Virus record (IMG/VR): IMGVR_UViG_3300011116_000448
Coordinates: 3,346-67,345 of that record
Reading direction: 5' to 3' (one strand)
Origin: a virus
DNA: 64,000 nucleotides
This document shows positions 26,623-36,637 of the stretch, piece after piece. The notes beneath the pieces were generated by a model. That model worked only from the letters and a program-made list of their open reading frames with translations. It was not told where the DNA came from and did no database searches. Every line of letters starts with the position of its first letter. Position 1 is the first letter of the stretch. The translations under genes were made by a program, and so were the position numbers.

Positions 26623-28434
26623 TTAACGCTCTCCGTCGGGCATTATACCTGCCCGCCACTTACCCATTCGGAAGTTACTTAGGGCACTGGAAACCTCTAC
26701 ACGGAGCGCCATTTGGCGTCCTTTGCCCCGAAGGGAGATTTTCTTGGTATCTGGACCAATAGTGTAGGGACCTTTGATGACCGGGCTCTCGCTTGGGTGC
26801 TTTTTGATCTTGATATACGCGCGCATGTACGCACCCTCAAGTTCACTGACATCGGGGATTATGCGGTCAATAAAGGTCATTGGTTGACCATCTTCAATGT
26901 CAAAGTAGCCTGACTCAATAAAGGCACCCAATTCCTGACCGTTGGCATCGTGACCAAACTCATGACTGTAGGCAGCTTCACTAGTAGCCGTGGCAATAGG
27001 GTAGTCAAATAAATTGGAGTCAACCCAAGTAGTGCGGTCAAGAGCACCGTAATTCCACGTACCTTCCATGTAATTATAGGTAATATAGCGGTTATTTTCA
27101 GTAGAGCCAAAGGTAGGGTAAAACCACCAAATTTCGTTAAATTCCGAGTTTACGCCGACGTAGATCTTTTCCTTTTGATCGTAGTTAATAGCGTATTCAG
27201 AATCCGGTTCAAAGATGCTTTTGTGGAGCGAGCAGGGCAAATTCTGGACCGTACCGTCGTACTTAAAAAATGACCGTTTACCCATCCAATAGACGGTTCC
27301 ATTTACGTCAATGGCAGCATTTGGGCCAATAAGACCACAAGCAATGCCAACTCGATCTTGAGTGAAGTAAAATGGTGCACCCCGGTATGTTACTGCGTGA
27401 GCCCCTTCATCGGTAAAGGCGACGATTTCCTTTTTTGATTTTACGGCCCCGACAACGTAAGATCCTGAGTTGAATCGGAAGCCCCCAGCCGCGTTAGTAA
27501 CTGCCGGGGACCAAATAGCGTAGTTTTCTTGTTGAGACCAACGACCTACAAGAGGGTCAAAATCGCCATTAAACGCACTGGTTCCAAACAACATCATGTG
27601 ACGCGCTTCTTCACTAATCAACATAACATTGCTTCGGGTAGGGATATCTACGTGGGCAATAGAAGCTCTTGTAGCCAAACCATCTGATTTATCCCAACGA
27701 TAAACCGCACCACCGCGAAGAAGCGCAAGTAAATCTTCACCCCAAGTGTCAAAGGTCCACAGCCGCATGTTTGTAATCAATGACCCAGTTGTACCTGTTC
27801 CGTAGACACCACTTCCATACGTACCGGAACCGTACCCCGTTGTCGGCTCGTTGTTCTGTTTACCTGTCTGCAACAAATAGGTAATTGTCGCAGGGCCACC
27901 TATTTTTGTCTTTGCAGTTGTATTTGCAATAGAGCAATTACCGTTAATTGAAACAACAAAGTTATTGGTGTTAGCAGAGACAACTTCAAGAACACCGTAG
28001 ATATCAAAACCAGCGTCACTGACTGACGTGAATGCTACGTAGTCACCTGCTACTGCTTGGTGCCCTGCGTCAGATACTTTGACTAGCGTAGTGTTTGATG
28101 CATAAGTACTAAATGCAGAAGTTTCACTTACTACTGCTCGCGCGGGAGTAACGTCACTCCAAGCACCTGCGTTGTAGATAAACAAACCTTTGTGTGTGCC
28201 AAGAGCGTAAAACTTGTCACCGTCAAGAGCAGCCCAAGTAAGAGCCTCTCTTGCAACACCACGATAATTACCCGTTGCAACAAGTGGAGTCCAGCCTCCA
28301 AGCTTCTCTACGTTACCTTTGTGAAATCGAATTTTATCACCATCAACCCACTGCCCCGTAGCTTGGTACGAAGTGATGTCGGTGTTGATACCGTTCTGAA
28401 TTTCTATGGGTTTAAGTTTGGTATCTCCGGGCAT
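26623..28434 (-). CDS. tail nozzle / stabilisation protein (P22 gp10 / T7 gp12-like)
   Basis: GI..D.T.Y...G.W.D.DK.RF..G..EK.GGW, LW..D.WGEDL, RWS.QE, E.WWFYP, C-terminal PDG.R; beta-propeller-like. Confidence 0.8.
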   Translation of the reverse strand: MPGDTKLKPIEIQNGINTDITSYQATGQWVDGDKIRFHKGNVEKLGGWTPLVATGNYRGVAREALTWAALDGDKFYALGTHKGLFIYNAGAWSDVTPARAVVSETSAFSTYASNTTLVKVSDAGHQAVAGDYVAFTSVSDAGFDIYGVLEVVSANTNNFVVSINGNCSIANTTAKTKIGGPATITYLLQTGKQNNEPTTGYGSGTYGSGVYGTGTTGSLITNMRLWTFDTWGEDLLALLRGGAVYRWDKSDGLATRASIAHVDIPTRSNVMLISEEARHMMLFGTSAFNGDFDPLVGRWSQQENYAIWSPAVTNAAGGFRFNSGSYVVGAVKSKKEIVAFTDEGAHAVTYRGAPFYFTQDRVGIACGLIGPNAAIDVNGTVYWMGKRSFFKYDGTVQNLPCSLHKSIFEPDSEYAINYDQKEKIYVGVNSEFNEIWWFYPTFGSTENNRYITYNYMEGTWNYGALDRTTWVDSNLFDYPIATATSEAAYSHEFGHDANGQELGAFIESGYFDIEDGQPMTFIDRIIPDVSELEGAYMRAYIKIKKHPSESPVIKGPYTIGPDTKKISLRGKGRQMALRVEVSSALSNFRMGKWRAGIMPDGER

Positions 28435-30018
28435 TTAAGTAGCGTTCACCCGATCCACCCAACCATTACATAGAATAGAAGCGCTGGCACCGCTAGCATT
28501 ATTGCCGCTAATATAATAAATTGAAGTACTTTCAAGAACTATTTCACAAGAATACAACACTGGTGCTGTACCGCTTCCAGTTGAACCTGCAAAACCCGAA
28601 CTAAACGTTGCCGTATATCCTACATCGTTATTGGGGAATACCCAAGTAGAAGAGTTTGTAGCGCCCGAATTTCCTACGCTAAGTAAAATAGAACGGGCTG
28701 TACTTGGTACTTTTTGAGCACCGCCTGCACCTGTAGTGCCTGCTGCAGTCAACGCAGTTTTACTTGCATTTGTTGACACAGAAAAACTAATTGGAGCAGT
28801 AACCGTCGTACCCGCACCCACAACGTATTGTGCACGATTACCGATTTGACGAATACGTAGAAAAGTTGCTGCACCTCCGGTCATAAAACAACCAATGCGG
28901 TATTTAAATCCTCCGCTATACCCAGTAGGCAATGTGGGTGATGTTGCTGAAAGAGACATCAAAGAACCTGCACCAGTGCCGTCAGATTTAGCAATCAACC
29001 AAATATGGTATTCAGTATTATTTGCCAAAGAGCCTGTATCTAAACGATTAATTGCCGCATTAGTAGAGCAATCACAAGTGTAATTGCCTGACACAACAGA
29101 AAGCCCCTGCCCCGCAGCATTAACAAGAACAGCTTGATCAAAAGTTATTGTTACGTTTGTTGTTGCGCCACCATTCACAATTAATAGATTTGAAACACCG
29201 GGAAGCGCAGGACCTATAGCATAACCTGGAACTTTTTTTGGTGCTGCCGCTGAGGCGTCATATGAAAGAAAAAAGTCTGCCCCGTGGTCTGGGGAAGAGT
29301 CAGCAGTAAGAACGTTCAAACCCTTCATTGCATTATTAAATGTAGTTGTTCTAGCTGTTGATGTCGATTGATCAAAAATAACAAAACCGTCCGAGACAGC
29401 AACAGAAGGTTCGTCAGGAAAATCTGAAACAGCATTTTTAAAGAAAGTAGACACTGGTACTTTATTCAATGCACCATTTTCACTTGCATCAATAAAAGGT
29501 AAAAAATCAGCACCTGCACCACCAGTAGCGTCAGTAGCTACGTTAGAGACGGCTGCAATAACTGCTGACGTAAATGCATTGAACGCACCAATGGACACCG
29601 TACGAAGTACTTCACGCACATTTGTACCGTCAGAAACCACAAGGCCTTGCTCTAGTCCCGAACCACTGCCAGAAAAATCCACACCAACCGTACCACCTGT
29701 GTTTTTCAATGTGACTTTATTAGCACCCGTCATCTTGTTACGGATAAGGTAAAAGCTCTGGACAGCAGGGGCAAAAAGACTTACGTTGGACGTAGGTGCA
29801 CCCGTAAGGACAATCTGGGACCTGCGTCCCTGATCGGTAGCACCATTTTGAGTACTCAGTACAGAATCGCCTGCTGTCGTCATTGCAACGCAAACAAGAC
29901 CAAAGCACTCGTCAATCATGTCAATCGTATTGGTATTCAGATACCCGCCCCACGTATTGGAGTTTTCTCCGGGGTTCTGTTTTTCAAGACGCTTGCGTGT
30001 GGTAAATGAACTGGTCAT
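28435..30018 (-). CDS. tail fibre/spike protein
   Basis: N-terminal LEKQ..GENS.TWG...NTN anchor motif; G.LDTGS.A..T.YH.W.I...S.SA..P.LP.GY distal domain. Confidence 0.7.
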   Translation of the reverse strand: MTSSFTTRKRLEKQNPGENSNTWGGYLNTNTIDMIDECFGLVCVAMTTAGDSVLSTQNGATDQGRRSQIVLTGAPTSNVSLFAPAVQSFYLIRNKMTGANKVTLKNTGGTVGVDFSGSGSGLEQGLVVSDGTNVREVLRTVSIGAFNAFTSAVIAAVSNVATDATGGAGADFLPFIDASENGALNKVPVSTFFKNAVSDFPDEPSVAVSDGFVIFDQSTSTARTTTFNNAMKGLNVLTADSSPDHGADFFLSYDASAAAPKKVPGYAIGPALPGVSNLLIVNGGATTNVTITFDQAVLVNAAGQGLSVVSGNYTCDCSTNAAINRLDTGSLANNTEYHIWLIAKSDGTGAGSLMSLSATSPTLPTGYSGGFKYRIGCFMTGGAATFLRIRQIGNRAQYVVGAGTTVTAPISFSVSTNASKTALTAAGTTGAGGAQKVPSTARSILLSVGNSGATNSSTWVFPNNDVGYTATFSSGFAGSTGSGTAPVLYSCEIVLESTSIYYISGNNASGASASILCNGWVDRVNAT

Positions 30019-30024
30019 AGACTA

Positions 30025-30705
30025 TTACTCCGGTTGGATATTTGCATTCAGGGTATTCTGGTTACCCTGTGTGTTGGCTGGCTCCAAACCACTGTCCCTG
30101 CGCTCGCGACGAGCTTCATTAACAACGTCACGCAAGCAAGTCTGGTAGTTGGTTTCCAAAATGTTAACTTGGTTGTAATTCTTGGCAAACTTGGCTTGTT
30201 CAATCAAGGTTGCATAATACAGCATATCCCCAAAGGTTGAGGTAAAGACATTGACACTTACAGCCTCACTAAGGGGCGTAGGCCTGCCCGCGTAAGACAG
30301 CTTGAAATTCCCAGCATTAGAGCACGTAGGCGCAATTATGAACTCCGTGGCACTGTAATCTGCGTAGTATTTTGGGCACCCCACTGAAGCAGCCCCGTAA
30401 GGCCAGTAGTCCTCGCAAAAAGAGTCTGTGGACTTAAATAGTGTCTGAAGCTTGCCGTCGGGCTTGACATACCTCAAATTGAACCCAAAACGGTAGCCAG
30501 AGGGTTTGTTAATAATAAACCCTCCTGCCGCACACGACACGTTAGTGTTCACACGCAGGTGCGTGGAATCTAGCTCGCGGGTAAGTCTCTGTTCCGCCAG
30601 ATCCACAGCAATGGGGATGTAGGCGGTAAATTCTGTACCGTCATCTTCAAAGTACTGACGTACTGCGGAAACGAGGGTAGAATAGCTTGTAATTGGATTT
30701 GTCAT
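30025..30705 (-). CDS. tail adaptor (tubular protein A-like) ring protein
   Basis: TSY..L...V..Y.E....F...IP..V.LAE.R, G.PKYYA, .AP. motifs. Confidence 0.7.
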   Translation of the reverse strand: MTNPITSYSTLVSAVRQYFEDDGTEFTAYIPIAVDLAEQRLTRELDSTHLRVNTNVSCAAGGFIINKPSGYRFGFNLRYVKPDGKLQTLFKSTDSFCEDYWPYGAASVGCPKYYADYSATEFIIAPTCSNAGNFKLSYAGRPTPLSEAVSVNVFTSTFGDMLYYATLIEQAKFAKNYNQVNILETNYQTCLRDVVNEARRERRDSGLEPANTQGNQNTLNANIQPE

Positions 30706-30726
30706 GACTCTATTTTATCCTATTTT

Positions 30727-31419
30727 TTAAAATAGCCAGTAGAACCTAATTTCACCACCAGCACCTCTTCCGCCTCCAAAAGGAAGACCAAATTCAACAC
30801 TGCCTCCACTTCCTCCTGCGCCGGGAAGGTCTCCTACAATTCCAGTTTGAGTAGTAGGGAGTGCGCCTCCTGCACCATATAAAGGACTATCTCCTCCAGC
30901 ACCCCCTGTTACTCCTGAAGCAGTACCTCCTGTATTTCCAGCAATACGTCCATTTTGAGCAGAACCAAGAGTTTCTTTACCTGAACCTGCTGCACCTCCT
31001 GTACCAGCGGCACCACCTGCACCCCCTGCACCTGTTGTAGCAACACCCCCTGACCCACCTGCCGCTGAAATAGTACCTGTTGTAATCCCGCCTAATGTCA
31101 TACTAGTAATAGAAGCCGCAGTACCATTATTGCCATTTGCATTGGCTGCACCTGCAGCACCTCCATTACCTACAGAGAATGTAATAATTTTACCCCAGTC
31201 ATCAGGACGTATTTCAAAAGATGCAATAGCTTGTGCCCCCGAACCACCACCGCCGCCGCCGTTTGTTGATCCGTTTGTTCCTGCACCACCTCCTCCATCA
31301 CCTTGCGTAACAATAGTTACATAAATAGCTCCGTAAGGAACTGTTGTAGTGCCGGAAGTATCATAAACTTCAAAACGCGGCCCGCGTAGACTGCGCGGAA
31401 TGTGACAGGGACTAGCCAT
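30727..31419 (-). CDS. glycine-rich structural protein
   Basis: VP.GA..V....G.GGGG, VG.GG..G, PG.GG.GG, G.GA.G glycine-rich domain; ATG overlaps the upstream stop. Confidence 0.7.
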   Translation of the reverse strand: MASPCHIPRSLRGPRFEVYDTSGTTTVPYGAIYVTIVTQGDGGGGAGTNGSTNGGGGGGSGAQAIASFEIRPDDWGKIITFSVGNGGAAGAANANGNNGTAASITSMTLGGITTGTISAAGGSGGVATTGAGGAGGAAGTGGAAGSGKETLGSAQNGRIAGNTGGTASGVTGGAGGDSPLYGAGGALPTTQTGIVGDLPGAGGSGGSVEFGLPFGGGRGAGGEIRFYWLF

Positions 31420-34400
31420 TAAAGCCCTCAATTTGTACAGTAAAGATTTCACCACTAATTGGAGTGAACGCAATACGTGTTTCAAGAAGTCCTTGAATGG
31501 ATACTTGTGTAGCACTAAGATTTACAAGCATTTCACCTGTACGTGCAGGTGCACCCCAATAAACCTGAGTAGATACTGCACCACTAGTACGAAGACCGGG
31601 TGCACAAGCAATAGCTACAAGATCAATATAACCCATCCAGTTACTTACAGGAGAAGCGTTTAGGAAGCCATTATCGCCATTAGCTACAGATACCCTGTTA
31701 TTGGTGTTAAACAGATGAAGACGAATAGCGCCCGCAATGTTGTGTTGTCCTGTCGCTAGACCACCGCCTGTACGGAACATACGGGCACCACGGATATAAG
31801 CAATACCGCCGTTCTGTCCAGTAGAACGGGCCACACGGAATTTCAAAGGCTTAACAGCAGTATTAGTAGTGCTGTTGGCAATCAAGTCACCTGCGTTACC
31901 CGGCGCAGCCGTTGCACCAGCAGCGTAAGCAGTAGTGTCTGCAGGGCGTGTAAAGGTATCCTGCGACATAAACGTGCGAGTACTAATGAATACAGCACCA
32001 GAGACGTTTGTTTTAATTGTCCTTGCGTTGTTCTGAGTGTCACTGCCTGCAATCTGTACTGCTTGGTTGCTTACTGCACCACCAATAGAAGCAAGCACAG
32101 TACCGCCGCCACCTGCTCCGCCACCGGGGGCCGTATTGCTGACGTGAACAATAAGAGCACCCCCCGTAGTTGTTAACAGACCACGAGCATTCGTTCCATC
32201 GGTTCCCAGCATCGGGTAACCTTGGTTGGTAACAGCAGCACCTACGGTCTGAAGCATACTGGCACCTGCGGCAGGAAGTGCGTTACTGATATGCACAACA
32301 AGAGCGCCACCTGTAGTAGTCAGAAGCCCTCTTGCGTTAGTACCGTCGGTTCCCAGCATTGGGTAGCCTTGGTTGGTGACGGCTGCACCAACCGTCTGGG
32401 TCATTGTAGAGCCACCACCTCCAGCAAAAGTACCTTCAATAGATACCTTTACAATAGAGTTGATGGAAGAAATTGCTCCGATGTTCCAAGTGCCAGACTG
32501 CGTAACAGCGTGAGTAGCTACGTTTACGGTGTTAGCAATAGACACCGGAATGTTCAGTCCGTTTGGACTAATAGACACAGCGCCGATAAGATTAGTACCT
32601 GCGTTGAGTCCTACGTTCCAAGTACCGGACTGTGTAGCAGCCACAAGACCCGCTACGGAAACCTTGTCGCTAACTGAAACTGTCCAAGCGCCCGATTGTG
32701 TAACTGCGTGTGTTGCCACGTTGACTGTGTTGGCAATGGACACAGGGATATTTAGACCATTGGGGCTGATCGAAACATCGGCAATATTAGCAATACTAAC
32801 AGAGCCAATGATTGTTCCTCTTACCGATACAGCACCAATAAGATTAGTACCTGCCGCAAGACCTACGTTAGGTGTGCCTGCAATGGACACAGGAACGTTG
32901 AATGTAGGAGGAGCAATACTGACAGGCCAATTGGCAGTTCCATCAGGAACAACTGAAACAATACCTGCAACAGATACCGCAGGCTGAAGGTTGCTTACGT
33001 GAACAACCATAGCTCCTGCAGCAGTAGTCAAAAGCCTACGCGCACTGGTGCCATCAGAACCCAACATTGGGTAGCCTTCAGTTGTGACCGCAGCACCTAC
33101 GGTCTGAGTCATTGAACTACCAGCAGCACCACCGGGCGCAGAGTTAGACACATGAACAACCAGAGCGCCACCCGTAGTTGTCAATAAGCGCCTAGCGTTG
33201 GTTCCATCAGAGCCCAACATTGGGTAGCCTTCGGTCGTAACTGCAGCACCTACGGTCTGTAGCATTGAAATACCACTTGCTGCAGGCTGTGCGTTGGAGA
33301 CGTGAACAACGAGAGCACCGCCCGTTGTAGTCAGCAGTCTACGGGCAAGAGAACCATCCGAACCCAACATAGGGTAGCCCTCGGTCGTAACTGCAGCACC
33401 TACAGTTTGAGTCATTGAGCCACCTGTAATAGTTCCAGCAATTTTTAGGCGACCGTTGGCGTCAAGCTGCAAAGGTGCCATTACTCCGCTGGCAAATGAG
33501 CCATTTCCTGTGGAGACTTCACCACCAACAGGCAAACCATGCGCGGGAAGTGCAGCCAAAAAATTAGCAGCAGGAGCAATTGTCACAATACCGTTTACAG
33601 AAACACGGCCTTGTGCAACACTTACACCAATATTAGCTGTGTTAGCTATTGATACTCCAATATTGCCAGTAACAGTTCCAATATTTACGGTAGGGGTTCC
33701 TGCGATAGACACTGGAACATTGAATGTCGGAGGAGCAATACTGACAGGCCAGTTGTTAACACCATCCGGCTGAACCGACACAATTTGTCGTACTGAAACA
33801 GCTCCAATAAGGTTAGTGCCTGCGTTTAGGCCAACGTTCCACGTACCCGATTGTGTAACAGGATGCACACTTACTGGCAAATTGTAGGCAGGCGGAGCAA
33901 GTGAAACAGGCACGTTAAATGTCGGCGGTGCAATAGATACCGGCCAGTTTGCTGTACCGTCAGGTTGCACTGAAACAATTTGTCGAACACTTACTGCACC
34001 AATAAGGTTGGTTCCCGCGTTCAATCCTACGTTCCAAGTTCCGGACTGCGTAACAGGATGTACTGAAACAGGCAAATTGTAAGCAGGCGGAGCCAATGAA
34101 ACCGGAATGTTTAGACCATTTGGGCTAATAGAGACAGCACCAACAAGATTTGAGCCTGCGTTTAGTCCAACATTCCACGTTCCAGATTGCGTAACTGGAT
34201 GGACACTTACAGGCAAGTTATACGCAGGCGGTGCCAATGAAACAGGGATATTTAGGCCGTTGGGGCTAATTGACACAGATCCAATAAGATTAGTACCTGC
34301 AGGCAAGCCATCTCGTTGGGCAACTACAAGAGCACCCATTCCTGACGCAACAGCCTGTCCACCAGACACTACTGTTGCAGTGTTATTCGCAGAGTCTGTT

Positions 34401-34498
34401 GGAATGCTTTGATTAAAGTGTACGCTTGTTGCGTCTTCAATTGTATGAAGAACCACATTAGCGTTAGTTGCGTCTTTAATCGTAATATTGTTTGACAT
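31412..34498 (-). CDS. repeat-rich fibre protein (Val-Ser-rich)
   Basis: 1028 aa; mosaic of VSISPNGLNIP / VSLAPPAYNLP / VTQSGTWNVGLNAG units and 5 copies of MxQTVGAAVTxxGYPMLGxDG..AR.LLTT..GA..VH[VI]SN. Confidence 0.7.
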   Translation of the reverse strand: MSNNITIKDATNANVVLHTIEDATSVHFNQSIPTDSANNTATVVSGGQAVASGMGALVVAQRDGLPAGTNLIGSVSISPNGLNIPVSLAPPAYNLPVSVHPVTQSGTWNVGLNAGSNLVGAVSISPNGLNIPVSLAPPAYNLPVSVHPVTQSGTWNVGLNAGTNLIGAVSVRQIVSVQPDGTANWPVSIAPPTFNVPVSLAPPAYNLPVSVHPVTQSGTWNVGLNAGTNLIGAVSVRQIVSVQPDGVNNWPVSIAPPTFNVPVSIAGTPTVNIGTVTGNIGVSIANTANIGVSVAQGRVSVNGIVTIAPAANFLAALPAHGLPVGGEVSTGNGSFASGVMAPLQLDANGRLKIAGTITGGSMTQTVGAAVTTEGYPMLGSDGSLARRLLTTTGGALVVHVSNAQPAASGISMLQTVGAAVTTEGYPMLGSDGTNARRLLTTTGGALVVHVSNSAPGGAAGSSMTQTVGAAVTTEGYPMLGSDGTSARRLLTTAAGAMVVHVSNLQPAVSVAGIVSVVPDGTANWPVSIAPPTFNVPVSIAGTPNVGLAAGTNLIGAVSVRGTIIGSVSIANIADVSISPNGLNIPVSIANTVNVATHAVTQSGAWTVSVSDKVSVAGLVAATQSGTWNVGLNAGTNLIGAVSISPNGLNIPVSIANTVNVATHAVTQSGTWNIGAISSINSIVKVSIEGTFAGGGGSTMTQTVGAAVTNQGYPMLGTDGTNARGLLTTTGGALVVHISNALPAAGASMLQTVGAAVTNQGYPMLGTDGTNARGLLTTTGGALIVHVSNTAPGGGAGGGGTVLASIGGAVSNQAVQIAGSDTQNNARTIKTNVSGAVFISTRTFMSQDTFTRPADTTAYAAGATAAPGNAGDLIANSTTNTAVKPLKFRVARSTGQNGGIAYIRGARMFRTGGGLATGQHNIAGAIRLHLFNTNNRVSVANGDNGFLNASPVSNWMGYIDLVAIACAPGLRTSGAVSTQVYWGAPARTGEMLVNLSATQVSIQGLLETRIAFTPISGEIFTVQIEGFNG
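32140..34300 (-). repeat. intragenic protein-level tandem repeats of the fibre gene
   Basis: Near-identical peptide repeats encoded by synonymously diverged DNA; boundaries approximate. Confidence 0.8.
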
Positions 34499-34516
34499 GC
34501 GTTCCCTTTATGCTTA

Positions 34517-34975
34517 TTAGATACCTTGAAAGATAACTACGTAATACTGCGAATTGGCAGGCGTATTAAACGCCAGATTACCTACACAAACCCCTGTTCC
34601 AACGCTTGGTGCTACACAAACACCTACGCCAATAGAAGGCCAAACAGTGCTTGAGTAGAATGTCGAAGCGTGACTAGGAAGTCCTAATTGATCTGCACTA
34701 ATGACAACTCCTAGAAATAGCTCGGTGTCCGGACTCGGATGCCTCAAAGCAATCCTGTCTGGACGAGATAATTTAGGAGATATAAAGTTCAATTCATCTG
34801 AAACTAAATTACGCGCACCATCTGATTCTTTACGGTGCACGTAGTAGTTAGTCCCGGGCTCAAACATCATGTCTTTCTGACGATGCTTGAAACCTGTTCG
34901 TTCATCAATGGCTACGGCAAACCTAGGTCGTCTGGTGCCGCTTGCCTTGCCTTGTCGCTTTGTAATAATGGTCAT
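34517..34975 (-). CDS. structural-module hypothetical protein (paralog of 34975..35310)
   Basis: Shares AV.I..R.GFK, FEPGTNY and SAD.LGLP with its neighbour. Confidence 0.65.
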   Translation of the reverse strand: MTIITKRQGKASGTRRPRFAVAIDERTGFKHRQKDMMFEPGTNYYVHRKESDGARNLVSDELNFISPKLSRPDRIALRHPSPDTELFLGVVISADQLGLPSHASTFYSSTVWPSIGVGVCVAPSVGTGVCVGNLAFNTPANSQYYVVIFQGI

Positions 34976-35310
34976 TATGCAACTGATGCCCAAGCAGGAA
35001 GACCGAGTTTATCGGCACTTACAATAACACCTACGGACAAAGGAACATCAGGATAAGACCATTTCAAAGCAATACGATCTATTATATCCTCAGGATTAGG
35101 TGGAAAGTTCTGAGGATGGTTCACCAAAGAGTAGTTGCCATCTGTTTCACTTTTATGGACTAGGTAGTTAGTTCCCGGCTCAAAGATCAATTCACTATAA
35201 GGATATTTGAATCCAGAGCGATGACAAATACCAACGGCATATTTACCCTTGGCATAGTTACCCCCACCTTGTTTATCCAATGTCCTTACAAATTGAGTCT
35301 TGTATGCCAT
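34975..35310 (-). CDS. structural-module hypothetical protein
   Basis: AKGKYAVGIC.RSGFKY....L...HPQ; typical gene following the adaptor in such phages. Confidence 0.7.
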   Translation of the reverse strand: MAYKTQFVRTLDKQGGGNYAKGKYAVGICHRSGFKYPYSELIFEPGTNYLVHKSETDGNYSLVNHPQNFPPNPEDIIDRIALKWSYPDVPLSVGVIVSADKLGLPAWASVA

Positions 35311-35319
35311 ACACAGTTG

Positions 35320-36030
35320 TTACCTAATTGTTGGTCGTGCAAAGAAACTTGTGCGCTCACGGTCACCGTCAAAGGCTTCCTGTAGAGCTTCCTTATAGTC
35401 TATTTTGATTGCCTGTAGCCGTTCTGTAGAAACTCCTTTACGACCCTTACCAAGACGATAAGCAAGTCCTTCAATAACAGCCGGAACGTACCTATTCATC
35501 AGATCAAGGTCTTGCGCGCTACGTGTGACTGTATCGGGCTGGGTAATGCCAAAGTACACCAAACGACGTGGAGTGGCGTCATTAATGGGCCAAACTTTGA
35601 TCTTTAACTGTTGAGCACTCACTTCAGTAGTAAAACTGGTAGGACGAGAGGACTTGTTCTTGTCATTGATCTGATGGAACTCAAGGAATGACATGCGCGC
35701 CATGGGAACGTCTGTATATCCATTACCATACTCAGAAGCACTGGTACCTACTGAAACTACGTTTGATGTACGCACCAACATATCCAGCACGCCAATAACC
35801 CCGTTTTCCGTCTCAAATACACCATCTGACGTACCTACACTGACGCTGTACTCTTTGATTGTTCCAAGTGGAGCATCCTTGTTAATAAGTTCCAGCAACA
35901 AAAGATTAAGCTCGTCGCGCGCAAGAGACTGTTCTTCTGCGTTAGTCCACTCACCCCCTACCCTACGAAGAGCAGTCCGAATGATGCTGTCTACTGGAAA
36001 GTTAAATACTTTTGTACCGCTTGTAGCCAT
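35320..36030 (-). CDS. head-tail adaptor (P22 gp4 / tubular protein A-like)
   Basis: MATSGT..F....II..A.RR.G, A...LNLLL, I..K....RP, VWP, GLAY motifs. Confidence 0.75.
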   Translation of the reverse strand: MATSGTKVFNFPVDSIIRTALRRVGGEWTNAEEQSLARDELNLLLLELINKDAPLGTIKEYSVSVGTSDGVFETENGVIGVLDMLVRTSNVVSVGTSASEYGNGYTDVPMARMSFLEFHQINDKNKSSRPTSFTTEVSAQQLKIKVWPINDATPRRLVYFGITQPDTVTRSAQDLDLMNRYVPAVIEGLAYRLGKGRKGVSTERLQAIKIDYKEALQEAFDGDRERTSFFARPTIR

Positions 36031-36031
36031 A

Positions 36032-36628
36032 TTATGCGACCTCTTCTTCTGTTACTGGGGTTGCCCCTGTGACTACGTAAGCACCAGCCTGACGACCGTA
36101 CTCAAGTTGATATCCTGTGCAAGTAAATGTGCGGGCGCTATGTGTAGTTCTTTTCAACACACCAGTGTTTTGCAACGCAGGGGGAGTACCTGTAGTACGG
36201 TAATACGCCCAGCAACGCCAAACACCGTTGCCTACAAAACTTTGCCCAGTGCTGATTGCATCAGTTCCCGCCATAATGAGATTGAAATCCCCTGTTATCG
36301 CAGAAGCAGAAAAAGAAGGCGCAGCACCATCATCCATTTTTATGAAACAAGTAAACACATAGTCAGTGTTAATAACGTATGTGTGGTTATTTTTGTAGGC
36401 AAAGCGGTCTAGTGTGTTGTCACCAATTACAACGCCAGTAGTAATGCCGTTAATGTTTAATGAGGTGCTGTAGGCAGCGCTACCATTAATTGGGTAGCCG
36501 CCAATAACACCGCTTTGGGAGTTTGTTAAAAGGTTGGTATTGAATTTACCTGAAGTAAGCCTAGTAGAAGTACCTCTTACAGCCTCCGCGTAGACTGGCT
36601 TGACAACAACACGTTCGTTAATCGCCAT
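36032..36628 (-). CDS. putative head spike/fibre domain protein
   Basis: TNLLTNS...VGNG.WRC...G.QLE.G.....Y..T pattern. Confidence 0.55.
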   Translation of the reverse strand: MAINERVVVKPVYAEAVRGTSTRLTSGKFNTNLLTNSQSGVIGGYPINGSAAYSTSLNINGITTGVVIGDNTLDRFAYKNNHTYVINTDYVFTCFIKMDDGAAPSFSASAITGDFNLIMAGTDAISTGQSFVGNGVWRCWAYYRTTGTPPALQNTGVLKRTTHSARTFTCTGYQLEYGRQAGAYVVTGATPVTEEEVA

Positions 36629-36637
36629 ATCACGTTA

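Noticed and set aside
32140-34300. Repeats considered as a CRISPR array or DGR template/variable repeats
   Set aside because: They are in-frame peptide repeats with synonymous divergence, with no constant repeat-spacer pattern, no adenine-specific variation and no reverse transcriptase in the window.
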